Of a stretch of 64,000 bases of DNA, positions 59,934-64,000 are shown piece by piece. Made by a program: the position numbers and the translations under genes. Below the pieces are notes generated by a model. That model was not told the DNA's origin, searched no databases, and worked only from the letters and a program-made list of their open reading frames with translations. The stretch is from contig CM059432.1 of the NCBI GenBank assembly GCA_030390025.1, positions 89,840,001-89,904,000 on the forward strand, written 5' to 3'. This stretch comes from Squalus acanthias. Taxonomy: Eukaryota. The stretch's first letter is position 1. Every line of letters begins with the position of its first letter.

Positions 59934-62501
59934 GTAAGAAAATGAGATCTGACCATTCATATGTACATAATTTATAATACTTGAAGAGACAATATTCTGT
60001 GACAGATCTAAGTAGGCTGTGTTTCTGTATAACAGAATTGAAAATAATTATGTAGACAAATTAAATCAGCCAATATAGCACAGACCAATATGTCTCTAAC
60101 ATCCTTAACATTCAAATTTAATTTGAACAGAAACAGTATAGAACTAATTTGTTGAAAACATATGGGACCATTTGAATTATAACCTAAATAAGCTGTAAAA
60201 TTAGGACACCGTCTCCAAGATCATGCAATTTTAATTGATTTGGTAAATGTTAGTTATTGGACAGTTACCAAATAGTTGATTATTATAGCGTTTGAGGACA
60301 CCATTGGTATTTGATTCTGTTTTTTTGAAAAATCAATTATTCACTCATGTACATCTGTGAGTATGCAACACAAAAACAGTTTTGTAAAGGCAAGGAAATG
60401 TGCCTCAAACACAGTGAAAATAACACACTTAACAATGAGGAGTAAGTGAGCAGGTACTCAGCTGCCATATTCAGTGCACCACACACACACTGAAGTAGTG
60501 AAAAAGTAGTCTCATGTTAGAGTCCATTTTATTAAGACATCAAATAATTGACCCTTGAGCTAGAGGAGGGGTGGTCTGTATTAGGAGATTTCAATGTATT
60601 ATTGTTGATAATAACCCTAATGTTTACACATTTGATTCCCTCTCCCACTTTGATAAGTTGTTGATTGATTTTCAAGCTTGTAAGATGTTGGCTGTAAGTT
60701 AGCTCACTGTGTATATTCCTGAGATGCTGTTCTTTCACAACAGGATGTATTAGTGAAGCCAAACATTTTTTTAGATCCAATGGACTAAGGATAGTGAAGC
60801 AGCTGTGTGCAAAACTATGTTTGTCCCACTGTTTGACAATCAATTTGATTGATGAATTAGTGTGTTGCTGTTGTGATGGACAATCCTAATTATACTTCAG
60901 AAAAGGAATACTTAATAGGTGTGGCTGAAGTCTTGCAGCTTTCTGGACTTTTAAACTAAGACATTAATAGTTATGCAGAAAACTGGCTCTTTGGAATGCT
61001 GACATTAACAAGTCTCACCAAAGAGTCATGAAATGATTAATAACTTGAAAGGCCATTGCTGTTTCAACATGTCTACTTGACATCGTGAGTTGACCTTCAT
61101 GAGTACTGAATGCACAGTTGACAATGTGATGTTGTTGATGCTTACTGATGTTTTAGAATCATGACAAGGGGCTGGAAGGGTTGGGCTTTAGTGGATGTGA
61201 GTGTGGTGGTGGGCTGGTTATTTGAAGCAAGTAGGGTCTTTTTTGTATAGCACTTATAAAATACAAATGTGAAAATGATCAGATGTTTATCAAGAAGCTT
61301 ATATTCAAAAGTTTGCTTGCTGGTAAATGTAGATGTGTTTTCATCAGAGCATTGATTGAGTTGTCTAGATCTACAAAATTTCCAAACTTTAGCAAATGAT
61401 TGACAACATTTGAACTTATTTTGAAAAATTATTTTGTGTAGAAGATTAAAATTCAGAATATATTAGACACTTGCCAACACCATTAATCATCTTTGACATG
61501 CAGAGAATATACAGTAATTACATAATCCATTCTTCAAATCTTATCTGTGTATTCATGTAGGACACCTACTTTTAACAAAAGTTACTTAACATTCAGCTGG
61601 AACACTATGAATATTTGATAGATATGAAGGTGGGAACAGAATCCTATTTTTAATTAGTAGAGTAACAAGGTTACAAAATCAAGAAAAAACAATTTAATGT
61701 AAAACACAACAAGAAGATTTGACTGAACATAATGAATATTTTTTTTAGTAAGAATGGATCTGCTAGTTTCCCTGAAGACAACTCAGCACATTTAATGTCG
61801 CTGAGGATGTTTTAGAACCATGTCCGGTCAGCACAGCCTGAAGAGTTATTACAGGTTTATTGACACACAACAGCTGCAAATATCTGTTCCATTTTATTGA
61901 TTCTGCTATTATTTTCCTAGCAATGTGGAGGGAAGAGTCTTGACAAGCTGAACCCAGAAGGCATAACCGTCATGCCAAGTATATGACATATGAATTTTTT
62001 TTAAGTTTCAGAGCCACAGTAGACTGGTATTACAGTATTAGGTTTTAAGCAGGACCCATGGGACTTAGTAGAAATAGAAAGTGGAATTCTTCACAAATGG
62101 TTTTTTAATTCTCAGCCGTAACATCGAAAATCAGTGACAGTTCAAAATAATTGTGTGGACAAAATATGTGCCACAGGTAAGGACCTCAAGTTTTACCAGA
62201 ACACAATACTGTAGGGAACTATTGCTAGTCTAAAGTATTTATTCCCCACTCCCATTTGTCCCACAGTCATTGCCTTCTACTTTAATACACTTACAACTTT
62301 GTAGAACGGCTGCTCCATGGAGTCCAGAACATTTCTTCCAAGTGGAATCAGACATACAATGCTGATGTGGGGCAGGGGGAATCCTTGCAGACAGCATTAC
62401 TAATTGCAGTGTAGTCTTTTTATGGACCAGTTGGAAGCTGACCTTTCCTTTTTAATGCAATTGACCTGTTGAGTTTGTTTGTGTTTATCGCAAAAATCAA
62501 C

Positions 62502-64000
62502 GGCTGTGAAATTCGAATCTTTAGCACCGGTCGTTAAGGCCGGTTTGGAAGGAAAAATGGCAGCAGCCTCAACCGTTCGCTTCTGGTAGGTCCCGTGGCA
62601 GCAGCCATTTTGGGCAGGTCAGCAGCGCTGCCTTTGCCTGCGCTCACTGCAGATATTTAGATGATCCAGATCGTCACGTAAATGAGTGTGCAATGCTGAT
62701 TTGACGCATGATCGCCACTCCGTTTAACGCCTTCTTCTAATCACAACAGCTGACCACGCGTTCAGCAGCAGGAAGGACCCCCCACCAGCGCTATTTAAAG
62801 GGATCATCATCAACTTGCAGCTGACTTGCTTTTTCATTTCTACTTGCTCTGTGTAAGTTTGTGCAACTGATTGGAGCTTTCTAGAGTTATTTAAAGTTGC
62901 TGAGCTGACAGGGAGTGTTGCTGCAAGTGGAGAACGCCTTGCTTCTCATTTAAAAGGGTTCTGCTCACACCACTGGCTCCCAGTCATGGGGGCTCTACTT
63001 GCAGTCCCCCTCGTGCTCGAGTATGACAGGGAGATGGAGCGGAGTCAGCGAAGAGGAGGTCAAGATGCTCGCAGAGGGAGGAGGAGGGGAGACAGGAGGG
63101 TTCTCAGCAGGAAGCCTTACCCACCTAGGGTCTTCCGAGAGCACTTCTCCTACCTGCACCTAATCCAGCAGCAGTTTATTAGGAGGCTCAGCTTCACCAA
63201 GGAGGTGGTCACAGAACTCTGCCACCTCCTGCAACCAGACCTGCAGCCTCAGAGCAGGGCGACGACGGCTCTCCTGGTGGCCCTCAAGGTTACCGTGTCC
63301 CTCAATTTTTTCACCAGCGGATCCTTCCAGTCTACAGCAGGAGACATAGCTAACATCTCCCAGTTCGCCGTCCATCGCTGCATTCGGGAGGTCACAGAGG
63401 CTGCACACATGTGGCTTTGTGGGCGCCGCATACCAATCCTGACATGTTACATAACTGCAAAGGCTACCACTCACTTAATGTGCAGTTGGAGTACGACCAC
63501 GCCCGGCACATCATGATGGTGAATGCCCGCTATCCCGGCAGCAGTCATGATACCTTTATCCTGCGCCAGTCCGGTGTGCCAACAATCTTCCAGCCACCAC
63601 GTCAAACCCAAGGGTGCCTGCTCGGAGACACGGGCTATCCACTCTGCACCTGGCTGATGACTCTCCTTCACAACCCCATCATTCGTGGCCAGCAGTCATA
63701 TCATGGCAGCCATGAGGAATATCATCAAGCAGACCATCAGGGTGCTAAAGCAATGATTCCATTGCCTTGACCGTCAGGAGGAGCCCTCCAGTGCTCGGCA
63801 GAGCAGGTGTCCCATTTTGTGGTGATCTGCTGCATGCTCCACCACTTGGCCATCATGAAGGCCCAGCCCTTGCCACCAGGGATTGCGGGACCACCGGAGG
63901 AGGAAGGGAGGAGGCAGGCAGTAGAACCCCGTTCTGGACGGGCTGCCCGTGAGAGCCTCATCAGACTCCAGTTCCAGTGAATGAAACCCCAGATCCCCAA
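62502..64000 (+). mobile_element. Harbinger element in the intron after zfhx4 coding exon 2, running off the window
   Basis: Starts GGCTGTGAAATT (TIR-like) with a GC-rich leader and then the transposase relic. Confidence 0.8.
62986..63980 (+). pseudogene. HARBI1-like Harbinger transposase, frameshifted and internally deleted
   Basis: YPPRVFREHFSYL, KVTVSLNFFTSGSFQSTAGD, N.KGYHSLNVQL..D, NARYPGSSHDTFIL, LLGDTGYP, CCMLH. The segment leading into the first catalytic Asp (DCTH) is missing. Confidence 0.92.

Noticed and set aside
62986..63980. Host gene HARBI1
   Set aside because: Frameshifted, internally deleted, follows a TIR-like end and has related copies in the window; it is a transposon relic.

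Overview
Vertebrate nuclear DNA, very probably from a shark or other cartilaginous fish (HE1/V-SINE-like and SacSINE1/DeuSINE-like SINEs, abundant CR1 LINEs, Harbinger elements). The window holds the 5' part of zfhx4 on the + strand: a CpG-enriched promoter and probable non-coding exon 1 (about 29-32 kb), the large first coding exon (55464-58087, ATG at 55510) and the next exon (59431-59933). Bases 1-24.9 kb are largely nested transposons. From about 24.9 to 62.5 kb the sequence is nearly transposon-free apart from one CR1+Harbinger cluster (39.6-43.7 kb) and a few tiny MITEs, and it contains motif-dense candidate enhancers. The most notable observations are: (1) an in-phase U_UUA_AAC -1 frameshift heptamer joining ORF1 to ORF2 of a young CR1; (2) a transposase-deleted Harbinger in zfhx4 intron 1 that keeps an intact three-exon, 320-aa Myb/SANT gene in antisense; (3) three upstream AUGs, one per frame, within 30 nt of the zfhx4 start; (4) Harbinger MITEs that each carry a convergent pair of perfect splice donors. 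Family names and human comparisons come from recognition and recall, not from database searches.
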